Shown: piece by piece, positions 43,650 through 51,833 of the stretch
Numbering within the stretch: position 1 is the first letter of the stretch
Layout: the number at the start of each line of letters is the position of its first letter
Source of the DNA: a virus
Taxonomy: Duplodnaviria > Caudoviricetes
Length of the DNA: 64,000 nucleotides
IMG/VR virus record: IMGVR_UViG_3300038443_001692
Coordinates: 1 to 64,000 of that record
Strand: one strand, 5' to 3'
Notes under the pieces: generated by a model
Seen by the model: only the letters and a program-made list of their open reading frames with translations
The model's database searches: none
What the model was told of the DNA's origin: nothing
Translations under genes and position numbers: made by a program

Positions 43650-44339
43650 ATGGCCCTGATCATGAATCACACTGCACCCAACGGTGCAACAGGTAATTAC
43701 TTCCGCATCAATCGGATTAACGGTATTTGCGCGCCAGGCGTATTTCCTCACTGGGAAATCTGGGTGGGGTTTTATGCCAGTGCGGATATCCGAGCTGAAA
43801 ATACAAACCCTCTCTGGCAATACACGATCGAGATTCCGTTTTCGGATCTGCAGGTCGACCCGCGATCCGGCCAAATGCCAGGGCTGTATTCCGTGGTGAA
43901 GAATTATGCCCCATTCGCCGGCGAATCGACCCTGGACGCGGCCGAGGACTCGCCGGACATCACGCTGGACGCGGTCAAGGCCACCAAGATCACCGAGATC
44001 AACAAGGCCCGGCTGACGGCGAACACGACCTCGTTCCCTTATCTCGGCAAGCAGATCGCATGCGATGCGCTCAGCCGCAGCGATATCGACGGCGTCAACG
44101 GCTACGTGGCGCTCATGGGAGCCTTCCCGTCCAGCTGGGTCGGAAAGTGGAAGGCGGCGGACGACACCTACCTGACGATCGAGACGCTCGATGACTGGAA
44201 GGCGTTCTATAGCGCGATGGTCAATCAGGGGCAAAGTAACTTCGTGTACTCGCAATGGCTGAAGCAGCAGGTGGCGGCCGCCACCACCGCTGCAGACGTG
44301 GACGCAGTCTACTGGGGCCTCACCCCACCGGCCCCGTAG
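43650..44339 (+). CDS. tail fibre assembly protein with C-terminal DUF4376-like domain
   Basis: K..K..EI...R...F...D..SR..I.G...W.AAD...W.AF pattern. Confidence 0.75.
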   Translation: MALIMNHTAPNGATGNYFRINRINGICAPGVFPHWEIWVGFYASADIRAENTNPLWQYTIEIPFSDLQVDPRSGQMPGLYSVVKNYAPFAGESTLDAAEDSPDITLDAVKATKITEINKARLTANTTSFPYLGKQIACDALSRSDIDGVNGYVALMGAFPSSWVGKWKAADDTYLTIETLDDWKAFYSAMVNQGQSNFVYSQWLKQQVAAATTAADVDAVYWGLTPPAP

Positions 44340-44365
44340 CCAAACAGGCTGCCTTGTGGTATTTT
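44337..44365 (+). promoter_or_regulatory. sigma70-like promoter
   Basis: TAGCCA-17-TATTTT with TTGTGG; hairpin CGGTAGGAAA/TTTCCTGCCG follows. Confidence 0.45.
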
Positions 44366-44395
44366 CGGTAGGAAATTTTTCCTGCCGGAACTACC

Positions 44396-45808
44396 ATGCC
44401 CAACCTCCGCGTCATCTCTGACAACGCAATTGATCGCGCCACTGTGACGTCACAGGACACGGCCGCGAACTTTTCCGTGGCCAGCCTGCAGACCCAGCGC
44501 AAGTCTGACAAATGGCGTGCGGTGCTGGGTACGGGTGCATCGCTGCGCGCCGCCTGGGCCGCGCCGGAAACCTTGCAGGCCGTGGCCCTCCCGTTCTGCA
44601 ACCTGTCGCCGACGGCGACAATGCGCGTGCGCGTGACGAGTGAATCGCAGACGACAAACCTGATCACGTTTTCCCAGCAGTTGGACAACCCGTCAGGCTG
44701 GTCGCAGACGGCCGTCTCTGTTGCTCCAGGCGTCACGGCGCCGGACAGCTATGCCGCGGCCGTGACACTGACGGAGAACACGGCCGCGTCGACGCACGAG
44801 ATCCGCTCGTCATCCGTCAACTTCAGCGCTGGGACCACTTACACCGTCTCTGCTTTTTTGAAGGCTGGCACGCGCACCTTCGGCTATGTGGGATTGCCCA
44901 GCGTGGCTTTCGGATCCTCGACCTACGTCATCTTCGACCTCACTACCGGCACGGCGGTCTTGACGATCGGCACGCCGACCAACACCACCATCGCGCCGGT
45001 GCCCGGCATGCCTGGATGGTATCGCTGTTCGGTGACCGGTACTGCCACCGCCACGGCCAGCGGCACCTGCTACCTTGGCATGAAGGCCACTGCTACCGCA
45101 GGCTCGTACACAGGGGATGGCACCAGCACATTGATCGCCTGGGGCGCCCAGGTAGAGGCAGGCGCGCTGTCCAGCTACTACCCTACCGGAGGGTCTGCCG
45201 CCATCCGGCCGCTCGGCTATATCGACGGGTGGCAGAGCTACGCGTACGACAGCGGCTACGTGCTGGCCTGCCCGGCACCGGCTATTACGCTGCGCGGCTT
45301 TACCGCGGCCCAGGCAGCCAGCGCCTGGGCATTTGGCGGCGGCGCCACCGCGCGCCACTGGATGCCGACCGCGCAGCAAGCTTACGGCCTGGCCATCGAC
45401 ATCGTCGACGCTAGCAATGCGGCCGGCTACATCGAGGCCGCCTTCCTCGTCGCCGGGGCGTACTGGGAGAGCGCCACCAACTTCGATTACGGCGCCAGCG
45501 CGCAGCTGATCGACTCGACGAAGAATTCCCGCAGCGACGCTGGCGACCTGATCAGCGACGCCGGCACGGTAAGCAAGAAGGTCAGCATTCCCCTATCCAA
45601 GCTATCCCCGACGGACCGCGCCGCCCTGTGGTCGATTCTGCGCAGTGGCGGCACCCGTTACCCAGTTTTCCTCAGCATGTTCCCCGGGAGCTCAGACCTT
45701 GCGCTCGAGCGCGACCATCAGGTCTACGGCAAGCTGGTGCAGCTGCCTGCCATGGCTCTCCCTTTCTACAACATCGCCTCGGCCACTGTCGAGGTCGAAT
45801 CCATATGA
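44396..45808 (+). CDS. distal-tail (Dit)-like protein with an inserted carbohydrate-binding-like domain
   Basis: MPNLRVISDN...CNLSPTA.MRVR N-terminus; insert NLI.FS...W...WYRCS...WGAQVE.G..SSY.PT. Confidence 0.6.
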   Translation: MPNLRVISDNAIDRATVTSQDTAANFSVASLQTQRKSDKWRAVLGTGASLRAAWAAPETLQAVALPFCNLSPTATMRVRVTSESQTTNLITFSQQLDNPSGWSQTAVSVAPGVTAPDSYAAAVTLTENTAASTHEIRSSSVNFSAGTTYTVSAFLKAGTRTFGYVGLPSVAFGSSTYVIFDLTTGTAVLTIGTPTNTTIAPVPGMPGWYRCSVTGTATATASGTCYLGMKATATAGSYTGDGTSTLIAWGAQVEAGALSSYYPTGGSAAIRPLGYIDGWQSYAYDSGYVLACPAPAITLRGFTAAQAASAWAFGGGATARHWMPTAQQAYGLAIDIVDASNAAGYIEAAFLVAGAYWESATNFDYGASAQLIDSTKNSRSDAGDLISDAGTVSKKVSIPLSKLSPTDRAALWSILRSGGTRYPVFLSMFPGSSDLALERDHQVYGKLVQLPAMALPFYNIASATVEVESI

Positions 45809-45815
45809 GGAAGTC

Positions 45816-46349
45816 ATGGACTATACGCTTGCCCGCCCCCGGATCCAGACCGGCGATCTGATCGCCGTGCGCGACGTGCATGGCCTGCTGGGCCGTGCCA
45901 CGACATTCTTCACGCGCTCGCCCTATACGCACACCGGCGTGGCCGTGTGGCTGGGCGACCGCCTTTTCATGGCCGACCTGAACTCCGGACGCAACCACCT
46001 GACAGCCGTGTCCTGCCTTGAAAAATTCGACGTCTACGCGCCACCGCCCGGACTCGATCGCAAGTACATCGAGCAGGCGGTATTCGACTGGCTTGCCGTG
46101 CCGATCTCGTACGGCTATGCCGCATTTATCTTGATCGGCCTGAAGGACGCCCTGAGCATCAAGCGCTTCATCCACTGGCGCCGGATCGTCGTGTGCTCAG
46201 GCGGTTCGATTCAGATTTACGAAATGGCCGCAGCCACCATGGCGCTGGACGACCGGCCGGCACCGCCGGAATGGGTCGAGCACGACCGCACCCTATCGCC
46301 CGGCGACCTGTGTGCAGAGATGCAAGTTAGATTTCCTGTGGGATATTAA
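45816..46349 (+). CDS. permuted papain-like amidase (YiiX/YebB, NlpC/P60 superfamily)
   Basis: IQTGDLI, YTHTG (His) and downstream VCSG (Cys) in permuted order. Confidence 0.8.
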   Translation: MDYTLARPRIQTGDLIAVRDVHGLLGRATTFFTRSPYTHTGVAVWLGDRLFMADLNSGRNHLTAVSCLEKFDVYAPPPGLDRKYIEQAVFDWLAVPISYGYAAFILIGLKDALSIKRFIHWRRIVVCSGGSIQIYEMAAATMALDDRPAPPEWVEHDRTLSPGDLCAEMQVRFPVGY

Positions 46350-46368
46350 TCACAGGCATGATTATTGC

Positions 46369-46397
46369 TGGACGGCATTGCCGTCAATCTATAAAAT
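46369..46397 (+). promoter_or_regulatory. lysis-cassette promoter with overlapping palindrome
   Basis: TGGACG-17-TAAAAT; GACGGCA-T-TGCCGTC at 46371-46385. Confidence 0.6.
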
Positions 46398-46422
46398 TCC
46401 GGTAATCAACTTCGAGGTGAAC

Positions 46423-46515
46423 ATGTCCGCACTGGCTATTTTCCAGATTTGGGTCGCGATGGTGCAGGACTTCATCTCGAGCCTTTTCGACAACGACTAC
46501 GAGGCACGTCAATGA
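46423..46515 (+). CDS. 30-aa micro-protein
   Basis: GAGGTG RBS; coupled to the holin. Confidence 0.45.
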   Translation: MSALAIFQIWVAMVQDFISSLFDNDYEARQ

Positions 46516-46769
46516 ACCTGGCATCTGCCAAGCACCACTGGGCAGCTGCCTGGGAAGCCATAGAACCTATCAAGCCTCATCTCGATGTGGCCGTGGTGGG
46601 TACTTTCGTAGCCAGCCTGCTCAGCATGCTGCCTACCGTAATGACTGCACTCACGACAATCACCACATTCGCCTGGTCCTGCATCCGGCTGTACGAGACC
46701 CAGGCGGTCCAGAACTGGTTGGCGCGGCGCCGCGCCAGAAAGGAAGCCAAGTCATGCTCCAACATCTGA
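46512..46769 (+). CDS. putative holin
   Basis: hydrophobic core, W..IRLYET..VQ motif, basic C-terminus, upstream of the endolysin. Confidence 0.65.
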   Translation: MNLASAKHHWAAAWEAIEPIKPHLDVAVVGTFVASLLSMLPTVMTALTTITTFAWSCIRLYETQAVQNWLARRRARKEAKSCSNI

Positions 46770-47014
46770 AGGCTGCCGCAGCGATCGAATTGCGCAAGTT
46801 GCGCACCAAGGCCTGCGCCGTGCTGCTGATCGCACTGCCCTGGGCGTCTGACATCAAGGCCCTGGTGGCCACCAACCTGCCCGCGCTGCAGCCCTACCTG
46901 CCCGAGAACGTCTACAAGTTCATGGGCGCCGCCGTCGTCATCGCCGGCATGGTGCTGAGCCTCATCGCCACGCACCGCGCAGTGAAAGCTGCCAATGAAT
47001 CCGATAACGCCTGA
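46754..47014 (+). CDS. second lysis membrane protein (holin or antiholin)
   Basis: two predicted TM segments; overlaps the endolysin start. Confidence 0.6.
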   Translation: MLQHLKAAAAIELRKLRTKACAVLLIALPWASDIKALVATNLPALQPYLPENVYKFMGAAVVIAGMVLSLIATHRAVKAANESDNA

Positions 47015-47636
47015 CCAGCTGCGGCGCGTCGTCCGGACTATGGGTCCGGCTACTGCTATCGACGCCGCCAACGCGTTGAACAAATACCTGCCGAAGTTCG
47101 AGATCAACACGCGCGACCGCGCCGGCGCGTTCATCGCGCAGGCGCTGCACGAGTCGCTCGGGTTCACACGCATGACCGAGAACCTGAACTACACCGCCGA
47201 AGCGCTGCTGAAGATCTGGCCGAAGCGCTTCACGCCCGACCAGGCGGCCATGTACGGCCGCAGCGACAGCCTGAAGAAGCCCGCCAATCCGCAGATGATC
47301 GCCAACGTGGCGTACGCCAACCGTATGGGCAACGGCTCGATCGAGTCGGGCGACGGCTGGCGCTACCGCGGCCGTGGCCCAGGCCAGCTGACCGGCGCCA
47401 GCAACTACAAGCTGTGCGGCAAGGCGCTGGGCCTTGACCTGCTGACCTATCCAGACCAGGTCGCGCAGATCGAAACCGGCCTTGCAGCGTTCGCCTGGTT
47501 CTGGCGCAACAACGGCCTGAACGAGCTGGCCGACAACGTCGAGATCAACCGCATCAGCGGTCGTGTGAATGGCGGCGACCTTGGGTTGCAGGCCCGCTAC
47601 GACCTGACGGTCGACGTCTTGAAGGCGCTGGCATGA
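46995..47636 (+). CDS. endolysin, glycoside hydrolase family 19
   Basis: FIAQ..HES..F....ENLNY and GDGWRYRGRG..QLTG..NY. Confidence 0.95.
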   Translation: MNPITPDQLRRVVRTMGPATAIDAANALNKYLPKFEINTRDRAGAFIAQALHESLGFTRMTENLNYTAEALLKIWPKRFTPDQAAMYGRSDSLKKPANPQMIANVAYANRMGNGSIESGDGWRYRGRGPGQLTGASNYKLCGKALGLDLLTYPDQVAQIETGLAAFAWFWRNNGLNELADNVEINRISGRVNGGDLGLQARYDLTVDVLKALA

Positions 47637-47725
47637 GGCTCTCTACCTACTTTCTGATCGGCGCCGGCCTCGGCCTGGCTGCCGCCGGCGGCATCGCGAC
47701 CGCTGTCCTGTGGAGGATGCCATGA
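47633..47725 (+). CDS. 30-aa single-TM micro-protein
   Basis: coupled at both ends; hydrophobic. Confidence 0.45.
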   Translation: MRLSTYFLIGAGLGLAAAGGIATAVLWRMP

Positions 47726-48267
47726 GCTTTCTGACCGACATCATCGTTCCGGTCTGGGCGCGCTGGATCGCGATCCTGGCGCTGGCCGGCGCCAGCTACG
47801 CGGCCGGCTGCCTGCATGAGGCTCGGCATGAGTCGGCGGTACAGACCGCCAAGGTCGTCACCGTCGTCAAGCACGAGATGCAGACCGTGACCCAGGTGCA
47901 GACGGTCTACAAGGACCGTATCCAGAAGATTTACGTTCAGGAGAAAGAAATTGAAGCCGACATCCCACGTTTCATTCCACCTCATGTGGATGCTGAGTTT
48001 GCTGTTCCTGTTGGCTTCGTGCGCGTCGCCGCAGCCGGTTGGTCAGGCGATCCTGTTGGACCCGCCGGAGACGCTGACGCAGGACCCTCCGACCTACAGT
48101 TTTCCGAACTCGCCACCGCCGAAGTCCGCAACGCCGCAAGCTGCCGCGCCTGGCGCGAGCAAGCCTTAGGCTGGCGCGAGTTCTACGCCAAGCAGCAGGA
48201 GACCTTCAATGGACGACATGGGGATTGGTTCCGAGTGGATGCCAGGCCTGCAACTCTGGGTCCTTGA
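47722..48267 (+). CDS. Rz: inner-membrane spanin (Rz-like)
   Basis: N-terminal TM, coiled coil and VP.GFVR motif, after the endolysin; GGAGG RBS. Confidence 0.8.
   Translation: MSFLTDIIVPVWARWIAILALAGASYAAGCLHEARHESAVQTAKVVTVVKHEMQTVTQVQTVYKDRIQKIYVQEKEIEADIPRFIPPHVDAEFAVPVGFVRVAAAGWSGDPVGPAGDADAGPSDLQFSELATAEVRNAASCRAWREQALGWREFYAKQQETFNGRHGDWFRVDARPATLGP
47951..48169 (+). CDS. Rz1: outer-membrane spanin (Rz1-like lipoprotein) embedded in Rz
   Basis: +1 frame, TTG start after CAGGAG, lipobox LASC, Pro-rich mature part. Confidence 0.7.
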   Translation: MKPTSHVSFHLMWMLSLLFLLASCASPQPVGQAILLDPPETLTQDPPTYSFPNSPPPKSATPQAAAPGASKP

Positions 48268-48358
48268 GCCTCAGCTGCACGAGGATGGCACGCTCGAGAT
48301 TGTGCAGATCCTTATCGGCACCGTGATCGACGGTCGCCTCCACTTTCCGGACGAATAG
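48209..48358 (+). CDS. small acidic protein (49 aa)
   Basis: CAGGAG RBS; abuts the next start. Confidence 0.5.
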   Translation: MDDMGIGSEWMPGLQLWVLEPQLHEDGTLEIVQILIGTVIDGRLHFPDE

Positions 48359-49123
48359 ATGGACATCCTCGTCATCCCAGATTCCCAGGTCCGCCCTGGC
48401 GACGACCTTGAATTCCTGCGCTGCATCGGCCGCATGATCGTGGCCAAGAAGCCCGACGTCGTGATCCACATCGGTGACTTTGCCGACATGCCGTCGCTCT
48501 CGTCCTACGACAAGGGCAAGAAGGCCTTCGAGGGTCGCCGCTACCGTGCCGACGTCGAGGCCGCGCACGCTGGCATGGAGGCCCTCCTTGGGCCTCTGCG
48601 CGACTATAACGTGCGGCGCCTGGCCAGCAAGCACGGCATCTATCGGCCGCAGATGGAGCTCCTGTACGGGAATCACGAGGCGCGCATCTCGCGCGCGATC
48701 AACGAGGACCCGATGCTGGAAGGCGCTATCGGACTCGAGGATTTGAAGTTTGCCGAGTACGGCTGGAACGTGCATCCGTTCCTCAAGGTGCTGGTAATCG
48801 AGGGTGTCGCGTTCTGCCACTATTTTCAAACTGGCGTGATGGGGCGGCCGGCGTCGACCGCCCAGGCGCAGCTGAACAAAAAACACATGAGTTGCGTGGC
48901 CGGCCACCAGCAGGGCCGCCAGATTTTCACCGCGTTCCGTGCCGACGGCCGCCAGATCACGTCGATCATCGCCGGCAGCTGTTACGAGCACGAAGAGGAC
49001 TATCTCGGCCCGCAGGGCAATCAGCACTGGCACGGTGTGGTTTGGCTGGGCAACGTCGAAGACGGCTGCTTCGACGAGCGATTCATCCCGCTCGACGAGA
49101 TTAAAAAAGACTACGCCGCCTGA
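48359..49123 (+). CDS. calcineurin-like metallophosphoesterase
   Basis: IPDSQ, GDFAD, GNHE, HY and GHQQ motifs. Confidence 0.92.
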   Translation: MDILVIPDSQVRPGDDLEFLRCIGRMIVAKKPDVVIHIGDFADMPSLSSYDKGKKAFEGRRYRADVEAAHAGMEALLGPLRDYNVRRLASKHGIYRPQMELLYGNHEARISRAINEDPMLEGAIGLEDLKFAEYGWNVHPFLKVLVIEGVAFCHYFQTGVMGRPASTAQAQLNKKHMSCVAGHQQGRQIFTAFRADGRQITSIIAGSCYEHEEDYLGPQGNQHWHGVVWLGNVEDGCFDERFIPLDEIKKDYAA

Positions 49124-49137
49124 GCGTTCAGGCGGCG
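49114..49137. terminator. hairpin between convergent transcription units
   Basis: CGCCGCCTGA-GCGT-TCAGGCGGCG; no U tract. Confidence 0.55.
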
Positions 49138-49160
49138 CCCATGTTCACGTTACGTGAACA

Positions 49161-49373
49161 CTACACGCCCACAGGCAACTTGCCCTGCTGCTCCAGCCAT
49201 TCGCGCGCGCGAGCCTCGTGCACATAGCCGACGCCGCCAGACGGCGTCGAGTAGAACTCGCCGCGCGGCCATGTGCCGTCTGCCACCCGCTTGTGCACCG
49301 TGTTCTTGCGCTCGCCGTACTTCGCGCAGTACGCCTCTACTTCGATCCAGCCGTCGAATTCCCGGGCGGTCAT
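49161..49373 (-). CDS. excisionase-like (winged-helix) DNA-binding protein
   Basis: W..V..YC...GE....V..R...G.W..G pattern of Xis-like proteins. Confidence 0.6.
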   Translation of the reverse strand: MTAREFDGWIEVEAYCAKYGERKNTVHKRVADGTWPRGEFYSTPSGGVGYVHEARAREWLEQQGKLPVGV

Positions 49374-49630
49374 GCCAGGACCTCCTTCGTCACGCCCATC
49401 GAGACGACCGGGTGTGAGCCACCGTCACCACCGAGGCGCACGCCCAGCTGGATGGCGCCGCCAGCATTGAGCGCTTCGAGCTCCTGGCCGCTGGGCTTCC
49501 AGTACGAGCAGGCCCAGGTGCCGTACTCGTCGCGAACGATAACGACCGGCAGCGACTCGCAGCTGCCGTCCTGCATGTCAGCCGGCGCGCCGAAATTGTG
49601 ATTGGTTTTGGGATGTCGGACGATGTCCAT
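49370..49630 (-). CDS. conserved phage hypothetical protein
   Basis: FGAP.D...C..LP...S.WKP...EL..LNAGG...L...HPV motif. Confidence 0.8.
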   Translation of the reverse strand: MDIVRHPKTNHNFGAPADMQDGSCESLPVVIVRDEYGTWACSYWKPSGQELEALNAGGAIQLGVRLGGDGGSHPVVSMGVTKEVLA

Positions 49631-49640
49631 ATGTGTCTCC

Positions 49641-51833
49641 TTAAACAGTGATGATGCGGTCAGCGACGGCGTCGACCAGCGGGTTGTGGCTGATCATGAT
49701 GATCTGGCCGAAGTCCAGTTTCGACAAGAGGCCCAGCATGCGCGTCTCGCGCGCGTCGGAACACGCAGCGCCTGGCTCGTCCAGGTGGAGCATATTCGCG
49801 CCGGGAAGAAAGGTGCGTGTCAGCGTGATGCGCATGGCCAGGCCCAGCATGTCCTCGGCCGAGCCGGACAGGCCCGAGACCGGGAAGCCGTTGCATTTGA
49901 ACATGCCGTCGGCGCGCGTGATCGTCGACGGCGTGTCGCGGATCTCGCTCAGGTGCTTACTCACGCCACCCAGCACGATGTTCCACAGCTTGTTCGTGAT
50001 GACCGGCCGCGCCGCGCGCACCTTCTTGATCAGGAGGTTGTAGCGCTGCATGTCGGCCAGCTCGGCCTGCGCGGCTTCCAGCTGGGTCTTCGTCTGTTCC
50101 AACTGGCGCGCAGCTTGCGCGGCAAGGGCTTCCTTCGTCGCAAGGTCGCCCTGCAGGTGCTGCAGGGTGGTCTGCTGCAGCCGCAGCGCCTGTTCAGCGC
50201 TGAGAATGTCCGCACTGAGTCGCTGAGCCCGGTCCAGCGTCTCCAGCGCGTCCTTCAGCTGCAGGCTGTTGCGCTCGACGATGTCGGCACCGCGGCGCGC
50301 CTTCAGGCGGTCGCGCTGGGCCTTCTTCTCGGTGCGCATAGCGGCGTCCGCCGTCGCGGCGCGCGCCTCGCGCTCCAGCTTCGCCAGCTCGCTGGCGACG
50401 GCTGGCCGTACGTCCGAGATGGCCGGGCCGGTCCACGTCCAGCGGCCCGGGACGACGCTGCGGTCGACCGCGATGAAGTCCGCGGCGCGCGCATACAGCT
50501 GCTCGACCTTGGCGTTGGCGGCGACGACATCCTGCAGATCCTTGAGGTACTGGGTCTGCTGGTCGAGCAGCAACTGCTCGGCCGCCAGCACCTTCGCCTT
50601 CAGTTCGATCTTGCGGGCGAGGTCGGCGAGGGCAGCCTTCGTGCGGTCGCGCTCTTCCGTGATCTGACGTTGCAGATCGCTGTTCGCGCGCACCACCTCC
50701 GGCACATCGGTCAGGTCCTTCTGGCACAGCGCGCAGGTCGTCTCCCGAATCAGCCGGCCCTCCAGCTGAGCTATCAGCACGTCGGAACGCCGACGCTCGT
50801 CGGCCTCCTCACGGCGCAGCGCCTGCAGGGCCTGGTCGGCCTCCTTGCGGCCCGCCTCCGCGGCGGCGATGTTGAGCTGCGTGCGCCGGATGTCGGCCTC
50901 GAGCGCGGCCAGATCCTCGTCCCACAGCTCCTCGACGTTCGCACGCACCAGCTCGGCGTGCAGCGCGGCCGCGCGGCTGTAGAGCTTCTCTTCTTCGACG
51001 TCGGCGCGCGCCGCCGCAAGTTCACGCTCCGACGGTCCCAGCACGGCCGGCTGCGCCAACGCACGGTCGATCTCGTCGATCTCGAACGTGGACGTCTCGA
51101 TCATGCGGTCCAGTTGCACCTTGCGCTGCTCGATCTGCTTCGCCTGCTCTACGTCCAGTTCGGCGCGCGAGGCGCGCAAGGTCGTCAGCTGCAGTTCGGC
51201 GCCCGCCACGACAACCTGAGCCTTGGCGACCTCAACGCGCAGCGGCGCAAGGTCTTCAGGCGGTGTGTCGACGATCTGCGCCTGCAGCGTCGCGATGCGG
51301 CCCTCGACGCCGGCCGTGTTGCCGGTCTGCCGCCGCGCAGCGATGGCGTCGGCCACGCGGTCGATCAGGTCGAAGTTGGCCAGATCCTCGATCATCTTGC
51401 CGGCCGCTGTCGGGCCTGCCTTGAGCGATTCGGCCAGCGACTTCTGGCTGGCGAACATCAGCCTGCCGGCCATGTCAGCCGACGTGCCGAACAGATCCTC
51501 GAAGAATTTCGTCACATCGCGCTGGCCAGTGACCAGCACCTTGCCGCCGGCACTGACCTCGGCGCCGGACTTGCCGCGATAGCCGCGGTACGTCACGCCC
51601 AGGTGCTCGATCTCGCACTCGACGCGCAGCTTGCTGACCGGGTGGTGATAGGTCACGACGTCTTCCAGCGACTCGCGCAGCGCGCCGACGCCGAAGCAGA
51701 AATAGGTGAACGACTCAAAAATTGTAGTTTTGCCAACTTCGTTCTCCCCGCGGATCGCATTCAACCCTGTGCTGAAGTCGAACTCCCTGTCGAGGTGTTG
51801 CCTGAAAAATTGCAGCCGGAGCTTACGCAGCAT
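49641..51833 (-). CDS. sbcC: SbcC/Rad50-like SMC ATPase
   Basis: Walker A GENEVGKTT, CALC zinc hook, signature LSGS, Walker B LDEP, H-loop ISH. Confidence 0.92.
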   Translation of the reverse strand: MLRKLRLQFFRQHLDREFDFSTGLNAIRGENEVGKTTIFESFTYFCFGVGALRESLEDVVTYHHPVSKLRVECEIEHLGVTYRGYRGKSGAEVSAGGKVLVTGQRDVTKFFEDLFGTSADMAGRLMFASQKSLAESLKAGPTAAGKMIEDLANFDLIDRVADAIAARRQTGNTAGVEGRIATLQAQIVDTPPEDLAPLRVEVAKAQVVVAGAELQLTTLRASRAELDVEQAKQIEQRKVQLDRMIETSTFEIDEIDRALAQPAVLGPSERELAAARADVEEEKLYSRAAALHAELVRANVEELWDEDLAALEADIRRTQLNIAAAEAGRKEADQALQALRREEADERRRSDVLIAQLEGRLIRETTCALCQKDLTDVPEVVRANSDLQRQITEERDRTKAALADLARKIELKAKVLAAEQLLLDQQTQYLKDLQDVVAANAKVEQLYARAADFIAVDRSVVPGRWTWTGPAISDVRPAVASELAKLEREARAATADAAMRTEKKAQRDRLKARRGADIVERNSLQLKDALETLDRAQRLSADILSAEQALRLQQTTLQHLQGDLATKEALAAQAARQLEQTKTQLEAAQAELADMQRYNLLIKKVRAARPVITNKLWNIVLGGVSKHLSEIRDTPSTITRADGMFKCNGFPVSGLSGSAEDMLGLAMRITLTRTFLPGANMLHLDEPGAACSDARETRMLGLLSKLDFGQIIMISHNPLVDAVADRIITV

